32,000 nt of DNA from Pseudodesulfovibrio piezophilus C1TLV30 (GCF_000341895.1 NC_020409.1:3614099-3646098); one strand, 5' to 3'; counted from the stretch's first letter, positions 8,983 through 17,063 are shown. Notes: a model not told the origin generated them from the sequence alone. A program made the numbers and translations.

Positions 8983-9021
8983 AAAAGTCCCCGGTTCGCA
9001 GGCTGCGAGCCGGGGACTTTT
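8983..9021 (+). terminator. Rho-independent terminator after putA (possibly bidirectional, shared with the convergent GNAT gene)
   Basis: AAAAGTCCCCGG (8983-8994) pairs perfectly with CCGGGGACTTTT (9010-9021), with a second inner CGCAG/CTGCG stem. T-rich on the plus side (CTTTTGTTG) and TTTTCATTC on the minus side. Confidence 0.7.
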
Positions 9022-9121
9022 GTTGAGTCTGTGATAATTCAGTGCAGGCACTGGCTTTTCAAGAAAATAAGCACGTCCTACCAGACCCAATGACACAATG
9101 TATTATTGCAAAAACGGGAGG

Positions 9122-9613
9122 TTAAAGTGTCATGGTCATTTCATGCCACTTGACTCCGCCATGGGTGGAAGCGGAGAGCCCTGCATCCTTGAAACCATGG
9201 CGTACATAATATGCAATGAGCGCCTCTTTGCATAAGAGGAGTACTTTGGATTTTCCAAGCTCCTTGGCCTGGGCAATAAAACTGGCGAGCAGAAGGCTCC
9301 CTATGCCGCGTTTTCTGTACTTCGGTAAAACCGAAAGGGAAAAGATGACGATATTGCAGCCCTCGGGATCATGCCCGATTAGCTGCTTGAATTCTTCGTC
9401 TGAAATATCATCCTTGCTGGTGGAACCACTATTGATCTGTCCGATAACCTTTCCGGCACATTCAGCAACGAAAAAACCTTCAGGATAGGTGGTGATTCGT
9501 GCTTCCAGTGAGGTTGTCAATGCTGCCTCACAGGGAGGGAAAGATTGGGATTCAATAGTGTGACATGCTGTCAGGTCGTCTGGTTCCACCATTCTTACAG
9601 TGAATTCGCTCAT
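9122..9613 (-). CDS. GNAT-family N-acetyltransferase
   Basis: 163 aa with acetyl-CoA motif A, RKRGIGSLLL, and an overall GNAT beta-alpha pattern. ATG with AGGA 9 nt upstream. Confidence 0.85.
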   Translation of the reverse strand: MSEFTVRMVEPDDLTACHTIESQSFPPCEAALTTSLEARITTYPEGFFVAECAGKVIGQINSGSTSKDDISDEEFKQLIGHDPEGCNIVIFSLSVLPKYRKRGIGSLLLASFIAQAKELGKSKVLLLCKEALIAYYVRHGFKDAGLSASTHGGVKWHEMTMTL

Positions 9614-9636
9614 TGTGGTGTTCCTGTTGTGTTGGT

Positions 9637-11568
9637 TTAATCCAATGAGGTGGTTGCAAGGGCTTCTTCAAGGTCTTCCCATGTGCTGTAAGCAGTTTCC
9701 AATTCTCTTTCAAGCTCTTCAAGGCGACCTTGATCTGTCGCCATTTCTTCAGACGAATGTTTAAAATAGTCCGGGGAAGACATTTTGTCTTGAATCGACT
9801 GAATATCCTGCTCCAGTGATTCAATCCTTGCGGGCATTTTCTTGAGTTGATCCCGTTTTTTCTCCAACTCATATTTTTCTTTGTAACTGAGTTTTTTGGG
9901 TCTTTGGTCTGGCTCTTTTCTTTCTTCCATCAGAGGCTTGCATGTTCGAGAAGATGGAGACGGCTTGTCTGGGCGTTGCCGGAGCCAATCATCATACCCC
10001 CCGACATATTCTGCGGCATGTCCATTTCCCTCGAAAGCAATGGTCGACGTGACCACATTATTGAGAAAAGCCCTGTCATGGCTGACGAGGAGAAGAGTGC
10101 CCGGATAATCCATGAGAAGCTCCTCAAGCAAATCGAGAGTCTCAACGTCTAGGTCGTTGGTCGGTTCATCCATGACAAGAACATTAGATGGTCTGGTAAA
10201 AAGGCGAGCCAGCAGGAGCCTGTTTCGTTCGCCCCCTGAAAGGACAGAGACGGGGACTTTTGCTCGGTCTGGGGTGAAAAGGAAATCCTTGAGGTGACTC
10301 ATGACATGTCGTCGATGCCCATTGATATCCACAAAATCGTTGCCGTCTGCAATATTGTGCCGTGCGGATTTTGTCTCATCCAGCTGTTCGCGAAGTTGAT
10401 CGAAATAGCTGATCTGGAGATTGACTCCCTGTCTGATGGAACCGGAATGAGGAGTTATGGACCCGAGAAGAATATTGAGCAGTGTCGTTTTCCCAACTCC
10501 ATTCGGTCCGATCAGGCCGACTTTGTCACCACGCATGATTGAGGCGGAAAAATTATCTATCAGTATTTTATCTTCATATCCGAAGCAAATATGACTGGCT
10601 TCTACAACCAGTTTTCCTGTTCGCTCCGCATCCTGAATGACCATTTTGACTGATCCGGTTCTCTCTCGACGGGCTGTGTGCTCCTCTCGCATTTTGATCA
10701 GGTCTCTGACTCGTCCCATGTTTCGAGTCCGACGAGCTTTGATACCTTGTCGAATCCATGTTTCCTCTTCCGCCAGTTTGCGATCGAAATTATGATTTTG
10801 CTTTGCCTCGGCTTCAAGGTCGGCCTCTTTACGTTTGAGGTAGGTTGCGTAGTCACAATCCCAATTGAAGAGGCGGCTTCGGTCCAACTCGATAATACGC
10901 GTGGCTATACGTTTCAGAAAGGCCCGGTCATGGGTCACGAAGAGAAGGGCTGCATTTTGTCTAAGCAGAAAATCTTCGAGCCAAGTAATTGATTCGATAT
11001 CAAGATGATTGGTGGGTTCATCAAGGATCAACAAGTCTGGGTTACTGACAAGTGCCCGAGCGAGTAAGGTGCGCCTTTTGGTTCCGCCGGAAAGGGAATC
11101 AAAAATTTCTTCACCGTCAAGTTTCAGATGGGAGAGGACAGTTTCGATGGTCTGGTGGTGCGGCCATCCTCCTGATTCTTCCAGTGCGTGTTGTGCCTTT
11201 TCCATTTGAGTCAAGAGGGCTTCGTGATCGCCCTTTTCCAAAGAAAGCGAGCGAGCGGCAGAGTGATAGGTGCTTAAATTTTTGCCAATTTCTCCCAGGC
11301 CTTGGGCTGTGACATCATAAACTGTTCCGCCGAGGTCATGAGGAACTTCCTGAGGTAAAAGAGCCACACGAGCACCTCGTGCATAGTCCACGCTGCCGCC
11401 ATCAGGAGAGACTGAACCGTCTATGATGCCGAGGAGAGTTGATTTTCCTTCACCATTGCGGCCCAGTAAGCAGGCTCTTTCCCCTGGTTCGATCTGCATG
11501 GAAACGCTATCCAGCAGGAGAGTGCCGGTGAAATTAATGGAGATATCGCGCAGGCTGACTACGGCCAT
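9637..11568 (-). CDS. uup: ABC-F family ATPase (Uup-like, two ABC domains plus C-terminal coiled coil)
   Basis: Domain 1 has GRNGEGKST, LSGGTKRR and LLILDEPTNHLD. Domain 2 has GPNGVGKTT, LSGGERNR and VLVMDEPTNDLD. No TM segments, and a charged coiled-coil tail. The ORF-track start at 11580 is TTG; ATG 11568 lies 6 nt after GAGGA. Confidence 0.88.
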   Translation of the reverse strand: MAVVSLRDISINFTGTLLLDSVSMQIEPGERACLLGRNGEGKSTLLGIIDGSVSPDGGSVDYARGARVALLPQEVPHDLGGTVYDVTAQGLGEIGKNLSTYHSAARSLSLEKGDHEALLTQMEKAQHALEESGGWPHHQTIETVLSHLKLDGEEIFDSLSGGTKRRTLLARALVSNPDLLILDEPTNHLDIESITWLEDFLLRQNAALLFVTHDRAFLKRIATRIIELDRSRLFNWDCDYATYLKRKEADLEAEAKQNHNFDRKLAEEETWIRQGIKARRTRNMGRVRDLIKMREEHTARRERTGSVKMVIQDAERTGKLVVEASHICFGYEDKILIDNFSASIMRGDKVGLIGPNGVGKTTLLNILLGSITPHSGSIRQGVNLQISYFDQLREQLDETKSARHNIADGNDFVDINGHRRHVMSHLKDFLFTPDRAKVPVSVLSGGERNRLLLARLFTRPSNVLVMDEPTNDLDVETLDLLEELLMDYPGTLLLVSHDRAFLNNVVTSTIAFEGNGHAAEYVGGYDDWLRQRPDKPSPSSRTCKPLMEERKEPDQRPKKLSYKEKYELEKKRDQLKKMPARIESLEQDIQSIQDKMSSPDYFKHSSEEMATDQGRLEELERELETAYSTWEDLEEALATTSLD

Positions 11569-11578
11569 GGTATTCCTC

Positions 11579-11608
11579 AAAAAAAGAGGGCTGAAGGATC
11601 AGCCCTCT
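11579..11608 (-). terminator. Strong hairpin plus T7 tract between rpe and uup
   Basis: AGAGGGCTGA (11585-11594) pairs perfectly with TCAGCCCTCT (11599-11608) around an AGGA loop. On the minus strand it is followed by TTTTTTT, which runs directly into the uup RBS (TTTTTTTGAGGAATACCATG). Confidence 0.7.
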
Positions 11609-11631
11609 GAAAAGTTATCTGGTGTTCGTTG

Positions 11632-12282
11632 CTACTTGCAGGCGTTCTGAAAAGTCTTGAGACGCTCGGCATAAGGAGGATGACCGAAAAATGCAGAGCC
11701 GGAAACCAGGACATCGACGCCTGCTTCCGTTAACTCTCTGGCATTTTCAGCCGTTACTCCACCATCGATCTGGATAAGAGTGTCGGCTCCAGCTTCTGTG
11801 ATCATTCCTTTGAGTTCCTTGACCTTGTCCAGGCAGAAAGGAATGAACTTTTGCCCTCCAAATCCGGGATTCACAGACATGATCAGAACCATGTAAAGTT
11901 GTGGAAGCAGGTAGCGGATACTTTCAAGAGAGGTATGTGGATTGAGTGCGACAGCCGGTTTGGCACCGGTTTCAGCTATTTGGGTGCATACACGCTCTAG
12001 GTGGGTACACGCTTCCGCATGGACGCAGATGAGATCGGCTCCCGCTTCGGTAAAACTTTCGACATACCGGCCAGGATCATTGACCATGAGGTGACAGTCG
12101 AAGAAGAGATTCGACTTGGCCCGCATGGCTTTGATGATGGGTGGCCCGAAAGTGATGTTAGGGACGAACATACCGTCCATGATGTCGAGATGGACCCATT
12201 CGAGTCCTGCCTTTTCCAAGGCCTTCAACTCGGATTCCATATTAGCGAAGTCCGAGGAGAGCATGGAAGGAGAAAGTATCAT
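11632..12282 (-). CDS. rpe: Ribulose-phosphate 3-epimerase
   Basis: 216 aa with SMLSSDF, HLDIMDGMFVPN, CHLMV, MSVNPGFGGQKF and QIDGG, all canonical Rpe motifs. ATG with GGAG 9 nt upstream. Confidence 0.93.
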   Translation of the reverse strand: MILSPSMLSSDFANMESELKALEKAGLEWVHLDIMDGMFVPNITFGPPIIKAMRAKSNLFFDCHLMVNDPGRYVESFTEAGADLICVHAEACTHLERVCTQIAETGAKPAVALNPHTSLESIRYLLPQLYMVLIMSVNPGFGGQKFIPFCLDKVKELKGMITEAGADTLIQIDGGVTAENARELTEAGVDVLVSGSAFFGHPPYAERLKTFQNACK

Positions 12283-12475
12283 GCTTGAAACTCCGATTAA
12301 GAGAATTGATTGCTGGAAAGTATGTATCCGAGACCGCTTCGGTAAGCAAGAGTTGGCTTGTTATAAGTCGAATACCGACGAACTCTTTGGAAAGGAGGGC
12401 GCGTGTGACTTTTTTAAGAGCCTTGTTATTTCCAAAGATATAGAGCGGATGTGTCTCTAATACCCAGATGCATGA

Positions 12476-12513
12476 GAAAAGACCCCGCCATCAAAAAGAG
12501 ATGCGGGGTCTTC
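12476..12513 (-). terminator. Rho-independent terminator closing the ahb/hemB transcription unit
   Basis: AAGACCCCGC (12479-12488) pairs with GCGGGGTCTT (12503-12512). On the minus strand it is followed by TTTTCTCATG. It lies 10 nt after the stop of the 109-aa membrane protein gene. Confidence 0.7.
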
Positions 12514-12522
12514 CTATTATTC

Positions 12523-12852
12523 TTAATTTCGCTTGGTGCCTATGAGCTTTTCGGCCATAAGGCCCAGAACACTGCCGAGGACAATGGATGAGAGTAAGAG
12601 TATAATCCAGGCCGTAGGATCATGTTCCGTTGTCAAAATCGCCAAAGGGGCACCTGTCAGCAGAGCGAGGGTTATGCCTGAAAGCCAACTGTTCATTGGT
12701 AATCGCGCAAATGTTATGATGATACCCAGTGCCTGCCAGTGTACCATGGTCGAGATAGTCGTTTGCCATGAGAGTCCCTGGATTGCCATAGGAATGACAT
12801 CAATAATTCCGGCTGCTGTTCCAAGCAGGAGTGCCTTGACGAGTTTCTCCAT
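12523..12852 (-). CDS. Small integral membrane protein (109 aa, about 4 predicted TM helices), hypothetical
   Basis: ATG start 18 nt after the stop of the AhbA/B-like gene. Four hydrophobic stretches are separated by short loops. It shares the terminator at 12476-12513. I recognise no family. Confidence 0.6.
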   Translation of the reverse strand: MEKLVKALLLGTAAGIIDVIPMAIQGLSWQTTISTMVHWQALGIIITFARLPMNSWLSGITLALLTGAPLAILTTEHDPTAWIILLLSSIVLGSVLGLMAEKLIGTKRN

Positions 12853-12870
12853 ATATCTTCGAAAGTGTGC

Positions 12871-13320
12871 TTACTTGTTCATTTTGAAGTCAACTTTAAC
12901 CTTGAACATCTTGTCTGCGGGGAGATTCAGAATCTTGACTCCGGTTTTTTCGGTGATGCCATTAAGGATGGATTCGACCGCGTCCATATTCGGTGCGATG
13001 AGGGCGAACCAGATGTTGAATTCGTTTTCGCGCAAGTAGTTGTGCGTCACGCCATCATGTTGGTTGACCTCAGCAATGAACTCTTCAATTTTTTCCTGAG
13101 GAACCGAAGCTGCGCACAAGGTCGATTGCCAGCCCAATGTTTTGGACGTGAAATTGGCTCCCATGCGTCGAATAATGCCTGCCTCTTTTAAATCTCTGAC
13201 TCGTTTCAGGACATCTTCCTCAGATAGTCCAACCTGTTTCCCCACCTCTTCATAGGGGCGAGAAGCAAGGGGAAAATGGGACTGGATGATGTCGAGTATC
13301 TGCTTATCGTAATTATCCAT
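12871..13320 (-). CDS. Siroheme decarboxylase subunit (AhbA/AhbB family; Lrp/AsnC-like fold, NirD/NirL/NirG/NirH relatives)
   Basis: 149 aa with an HTH-like N-terminus (DKQILDIIQSHFPLASRPYEEVGKQVGLSEEDVLKRVRDLKEAGIIRRMG) and a C-terminal alpha/beta half with GVTHNY. Its ATG is 1 nt after the stop of the radical-SAM gene (TAATATG). Context is the ahb cluster. I cannot decide from sequence alone which subunit (A or B) this is. Confidence 0.7.
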   Translation of the reverse strand: MDNYDKQILDIIQSHFPLASRPYEEVGKQVGLSEEDVLKRVRDLKEAGIIRRMGANFTSKTLGWQSTLCAASVPQEKIEEFIAEVNQHDGVTHNYLRENEFNIWFALIAPNMDAVESILNGITEKTGVKILNLPADKMFKVKVDFKMNK

Positions 13321-13321
13321 A

Positions 13322-14524
13322 TTACTTCTTTGGCTTTTTTTTCGGTGTATAGGAACAGAGAGGCTCTTCTTTAAGGTAGTGTCCTTTCATGGTTTGCGCA
13401 CGAGCGCGGCACCCGCCACAGACTTTTTCATATTCACAGTAACCGCATTTTCCATCATACACATCGGGGTTGCGTAAGTTCTTGAATTGCTGGGATTGTT
13501 TCCAGATGTCCGGGAAAGGCGTTTCCCGGACATTTCCACAGTCCAGTTCCAGATACCCACAAGGTTGTACCTGGCCTCTGTGTGAAATGAAGCAAAAACC
13601 GACGCCGCCGAGACAGCCTCGGCTAACCGCGTCCAGCCCGAAATTCTGAAAGTCCACGGGGGTTCCGTCTTCCTTGGCCCTTTGCCGGAGAATCCGGTGA
13701 TAATGCGGTGCACATGTTGCTTTGAGTTGCATGTTGGTGGTCTTGCGAAAATCATAGAACCAGTTGAGGACTTCTTCATATTGTCCCGCAGTAATGACCT
13801 CGGTTCCGAGTTCGACCGCTCTTCCTGTGGGAACCAGGAGGAATATATGCCAAGCGGAAGCACCGAGATCTTCGCATAAATTGAAGATATTTTTGAAGAG
13901 ATGCAGATTGTTTTTGGTTACAGTCGTGTTGATCTGAAACTCGATACCTGCGTCCTTCAAATATTGAATTCCGCGCATGGAAGCATCAAATGCGCCAAGT
14001 TCACCCCGAAATTCATCGTGTTGCACTGCTTCAGGGGCGTCGATTGAGATCGAGCATCGTTCAATCCCGGCGGCTTTCATTTTTTGGGCAGTCTCCGGTG
14101 TGATCAATGTTCCATTGGGAGCCATGACACAGCGCAGTCCCTTGGTTTTGGCATACTCGATCAGCTCGTATACATCATGACGCATCATGGGTTCGCCGCC
14201 GGTGAAGATGATGATCGGGTTGCCTACATCTGGAAATGTATCGATCAATGCTTTTGCTTCCTTGGTGGAAAGCTCCCCGTCGTATGGTTCCGGGTGCGCC
14301 TCGGCCCGGCAGTGTTTGCAGGCCAGATTGCAGGACCGGGTGACTTCCCAGGCAACAAGTCTGCATATGGGAGTTGTTCCGTCGTCCAGAAATCGTTTGG
14401 GTGCGGATTCTGCGCCAGGGTGCGTCTTACCATGTGGATGACTACCGGGATGGCCTCCGGGATGTCCCTCTGGAGGGCAGCCACCGGAATGACCGTCGCC
14501 AGGATGTCCTTTGTGTTCACTCAT
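13322..14524 (-). CDS. ahbD: Radical SAM/SPASM heme synthase of the alternative heme pathway (most likely AhbD, Fe-coproporphyrin III to heme b)
   Basis: CNLACKHC radical-SAM motif. Full Cys-rich SPASM C-terminus (GCLGGVGFC...PC...DC...CGYCEYEKVCGGC...x...PLC, i.e. CX2CX5CX20C as I recall it being described for D. vulgaris AhbD). It is adjacent to the AhbA/B-like gene, as I recall for DVU0854/0855. AhbC and AhbD are paralogues, so the C-versus-D assignment is less certain than the family call. It carries an unusual His/Gly/Pro-rich N-terminal 45 aa. Confidence 0.65.
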   Translation of the reverse strand: MSEHKGHPGDGHSGGCPPEGHPGGHPGSHPHGKTHPGAESAPKRFLDDGTTPICRLVAWEVTRSCNLACKHCRAEAHPEPYDGELSTKEAKALIDTFPDVGNPIIIFTGGEPMMRHDVYELIEYAKTKGLRCVMAPNGTLITPETAQKMKAAGIERCSISIDAPEAVQHDEFRGELGAFDASMRGIQYLKDAGIEFQINTTVTKNNLHLFKNIFNLCEDLGASAWHIFLLVPTGRAVELGTEVITAGQYEEVLNWFYDFRKTTNMQLKATCAPHYHRILRQRAKEDGTPVDFQNFGLDAVSRGCLGGVGFCFISHRGQVQPCGYLELDCGNVRETPFPDIWKQSQQFKNLRNPDVYDGKCGYCEYEKVCGGCRARAQTMKGHYLKEEPLCSYTPKKKPKK

Positions 14525-14526
14525 GA

Positions 14527-15510
14527 TTATCTTTTCAGCGTCTTCAAGACGTCTTCGGTAAAATAGGTAAGAATAAGATCGGCTCCAGCGCGTTTGAAAG
14601 CAACAAGAGCTTCCATAACCACGCCTTCTTCATCGATCCAACCATTTTGGGCTGCGGCCTTGATCATGGAATATTCACCACTGACCTGATAGGCCGCGAC
14701 TGGGGTGTCAAAGTTGTCACGGACCTGCCTGAGGATATCCAGGTACGGCATACCGGGTTTGACCATGAGAATATCCGCGCCTTCTTCAAGGTCTGCTACG
14801 GCTTCACGCATGGCTTCTCTGCTATTGGGCGGGTCCATCTGATATGTCTTGCGGTCGCCGAACTGGGGTGAGGATTCAGCTGCTTCGCGAAAAGGTCCAT
14901 AGAAGGATGATGCATATTTCACCGCGTAAGACATGATTGGGGTATTGATAAAGCCAGCATCATCCAGAGCGGCACGTATTGCTGCCACACGGCCATCCAT
15001 CATGTCGGATGGAGCGACGATGTCTGCCCCGGCCCGAGCCTGGGCCACAGCCGTTTTGGCCAGAAGATTCAATGTGGGATCATTAACGACATAGTCATTT
15101 TTGACAATGCCGCAATGGCCATGAGATGTATACTCACACAGGCACGTATCTGCACAGACGACAAGTTCCGGCCAGGTATCCTTGAGCATACGGATGGCTT
15201 TTTGAACAATCCCGGCATCGTCGTATGCTTGTGAACCCACTGCATCCTTTTCTGCTGGTATGCCAAAAAGAATGCAGGATTTTAAGCCGTTTTCTACGGC
15301 TTCTCCGACTTTCTTCTTCAGCTGTTCGAGTGACAACTGATATTGACCGGGCATAGATGATATTTCTTTCATGAAAGAAACGTCATCTGTTTCGGCAACA
15401 AAGTAAGGCATGATCAAATCATTGGCGGTGATCTCATTTTCGCGGACAAGCTGACGCAGGGTCAGGCTGTTGCGAAGTCTGCGACCACGGAAAAAATCAG
15501 TAGGAATCAT
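14527..15510 (-). CDS. hemB: Porphobilinogen synthase (delta-aminolevulinate dehydratase), zinc type
   Basis: Motifs [12 protein letters not shown], the Cys-rich zinc site [23 protein letters not shown], the Schiff-base lysine context MVKPG, and YQVSGEY. The ORF-track start at 15573 is TTG. ATG 15510 lies 5 nt after GGAG and gives a normal 327-aa HemB. Confidence 0.92.
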   Translation of the reverse strand: MIPTDFFRGRRLRNSLTLRQLVRENEITANDLIMPYFVAETDDVSFMKEISSMPGQYQLSLEQLKKKVGEAVENGLKSCILFGIPAEKDAVGSQAYDDAGIVQKAIRMLKDTWPELVVCADTCLCEYTSHGHCGIVKNDYVVNDPTLNLLAKTAVAQARAGADIVAPSDMMDGRVAAIRAALDDAGFINTPIMSYAVKYASSFYGPFREAAESSPQFGDRKTYQMDPPNSREAMREAVADLEEGADILMVKPGMPYLDILRQVRDNFDTPVAAYQVSGEYSMIKAAAQNGWIDEEGVVMEALVAFKRAGADLILTYFTEDVLKTLKR

Positions 15511-15601
15511 GGTTGCTCCATTCAAGAGATTTACTGTGAAGTCATCTGTACCTGTTTTTGCGAATCTCGCCAATCAAGTGCATGATTTTTCATTCCGGCA
15601 C

Positions 15602-15627
15602 AAAAAAGGCCGCTCAGGGGCAGCGAC
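15602..15627 (-). terminator. Second, weaker terminator-like hairpin plus T6 upstream of hemB
   Basis: Minus strand reads GTCGCTGCCCCTGAGCGGC (6-bp stem including one G-U) followed by CTTTTTTG (A6 at 15602-15607 on the plus strand). Confidence 0.35.
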
Positions 15628-15671
15628 GAGGAGTTCGTCATACCTGGCGGCATGGACCAAAAGAGTGGAAA

Positions 15672-15709
15672 GGCGGCCGGGAAGCTTCAGGTGAAGCTCC
15701 TCGGCCGCC
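15672..15709 (-). terminator. Long GC-rich hairpin directly after the ahbC stop (terminator or attenuator or processing site)
   Basis: GGCGGCCG...CGGCCGCC outer stem plus a GGAAGCTTC/GAAGCTCC inner stem around a 4-nt loop. On the minus strand it is followed by TTTCCACTCTTTT. It starts 11 nt after the stop codon at 15721-15723. Confidence 0.5.
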
Positions 15710-15720
15710 GTGCATTTCTT

Positions 15721-16914
15721 TTACAGCTTTTCGCCGCTGATCTCTTCGTCTGTAAGATAACAGGCAGGGTCCTGCGCCCAGAAGTCGTCGTAGACAGCTT
15801 CTGCGCGAGCACGGAAATTACCGCCACAAATGTTCAGGAAGCGACATGTTGCACATCGTCCGCCGACATGTGGTCGTTTATCTTTGAGCTTCTGGAGAAG
15901 TTCGATTTTGGGGTCAGTCCAGATTTCGGAGAACGGACGCTCTAGTACATTACCGAAAGTGATGTGCCGCATGAACTGGTCAGCATGGACCTTGCCATCC
16001 CAGGAAATGCAACCGATGCCACGCCCGGAGGAGTTGCCCTCGTTCATTTTGAGCAGTTCGAGGACTTCTGCAGCGCGTTTGGGATCTTCCTTGAGCAATC
16101 TGTGATAAACGTGAGGACCGTCAGCATGGTTATCAACAGTCAGGACTTCTTTGGGAATGCCTTTGTCAAACAGTGCGCGTGTACGGTCCATGATCACATC
16201 AACGACTTCACGGGTTTCCTGGTGGTTCAGATCCTCTTTCATAAGATCGGAACCTCGGCCGGAGTAGACGAGATGGTAGAAACAGATGCGCGGGATTTCC
16301 ATCGTTTCAATCAGATTAAAGAGGTGAGGAACTTCAACGGCATTGCGCTTGTTTATGGTGAAACGCAAACCGACTTTGAGCCCCTCGGCCATACAGTTTT
16401 CCACGCCCTTGAGGGCCTGTTTGTATGAGCCTTTGACTCCACGGAATTTGTCATGGACCTCTTCGGCCCCATCCAAAGAAATTCCGACGTAGGAAAGGCC
16501 GACCTCTTTGAGTTCTCTGGCCTTGGCTTTGGTAATGAGCGTGCCATTGGTGGAAATGACGGCGCGCATACCTTTGGAGGTCGCGTATTTGGCCAAGTCT
16601 ACCAGGTCTTCACGAACTAGGGGTTCGCCACCGGAGAAAAGCATGACGGGTGCGCCAAATTGCGCAAGATCATCAATGATTTCTTTTGCTTTCTCGTTCG
16701 AAATCGGGTCTTTTTGGCTGCTTGGATCGACCGCATGTGCGTAACAATGAACACACTTGAGGTTGCAGCGTTGGGTCATGTTCCAGACAACGACCGGTTT
16801 TTTGTCTTTGGCGAACTGCAGAAGATGGGAAGGCAGTTGGCCTGATTCGCGGTTGTAACGAAGAGCGTCTGAAGGCTCGACAGCACCGCAGTAAAGTTTG
16901 GAAATGCCTATCAT
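15721..16914 (-). CDS. ahbC: Radical SAM enzyme of the alternative heme pathway (most likely AhbC, 12,18-didecarboxysiroheme to Fe-coproporphyrin III)
   Basis: CNLKCVHC radical-SAM motif. NirJ-like body with a reduced C-terminal Cys set (CATCRFLNICGGN...PAC). The ATG at 17007 lies inside the terminator hairpin of the upstream gene, so I use ATG 16914 (MIGISKLYCGAVEPSDALRY..., GAGAGG upstream). This gives 397 aa. Confidence 0.65.
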   Translation of the reverse strand: MIGISKLYCGAVEPSDALRYNRESGQLPSHLLQFAKDKKPVVVWNMTQRCNLKCVHCYAHAVDPSSQKDPISNEKAKEIIDDLAQFGAPVMLFSGGEPLVREDLVDLAKYATSKGMRAVISTNGTLITKAKARELKEVGLSYVGISLDGAEEVHDKFRGVKGSYKQALKGVENCMAEGLKVGLRFTINKRNAVEVPHLFNLIETMEIPRICFYHLVYSGRGSDLMKEDLNHQETREVVDVIMDRTRALFDKGIPKEVLTVDNHADGPHVYHRLLKEDPKRAAEVLELLKMNEGNSSGRGIGCISWDGKVHADQFMRHITFGNVLERPFSEIWTDPKIELLQKLKDKRPHVGGRCATCRFLNICGGNFRARAEAVYDDFWAQDPACYLTDEEISGEKL

Positions 16915-16981
16915 GTGGTTTAAACCTCTCTTATGAAGTGAAGGTTTCAGGTAGCATACAAAAGTGCAGGTGAAAAGACGA

Positions 16982-17008
16982 AATGAGGACCCGTAAAAGG
17001 TCCTCATT
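16982..17008 (-). terminator. Rho-independent terminator after the OmpA-family gene
   Basis: AATGAGGACC (16982-16991) pairs perfectly with GGTCCTCATT (16999-17008) around a 7-nt loop. On the minus strand it is followed by TTTCGTCTTTTC. Confidence 0.7.
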
Positions 17009-17063
17009 CTTTTTCTTCAGCAAACGATAGTAGTAGTTATCAAAAAGTCAAGGTGAATGGAGA

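Noticed and set aside
9552-9872. 106-aa minus-strand ORF bridging the GNAT start and the uup 3' end.
   Set aside because: It is out of frame with both real genes, spans their intergenic stop/RBS region, and has a basic, low-complexity translation. It is spurious.
16915-17007. N-terminal 31-codon extension of the ahbC ORF from ATG 17007.
   Set aside because: The extension contains the terminator hairpin of the upstream OmpA-family gene (16982-17008). The residues are not radical-SAM-like, and ATG 16914 has an RBS.
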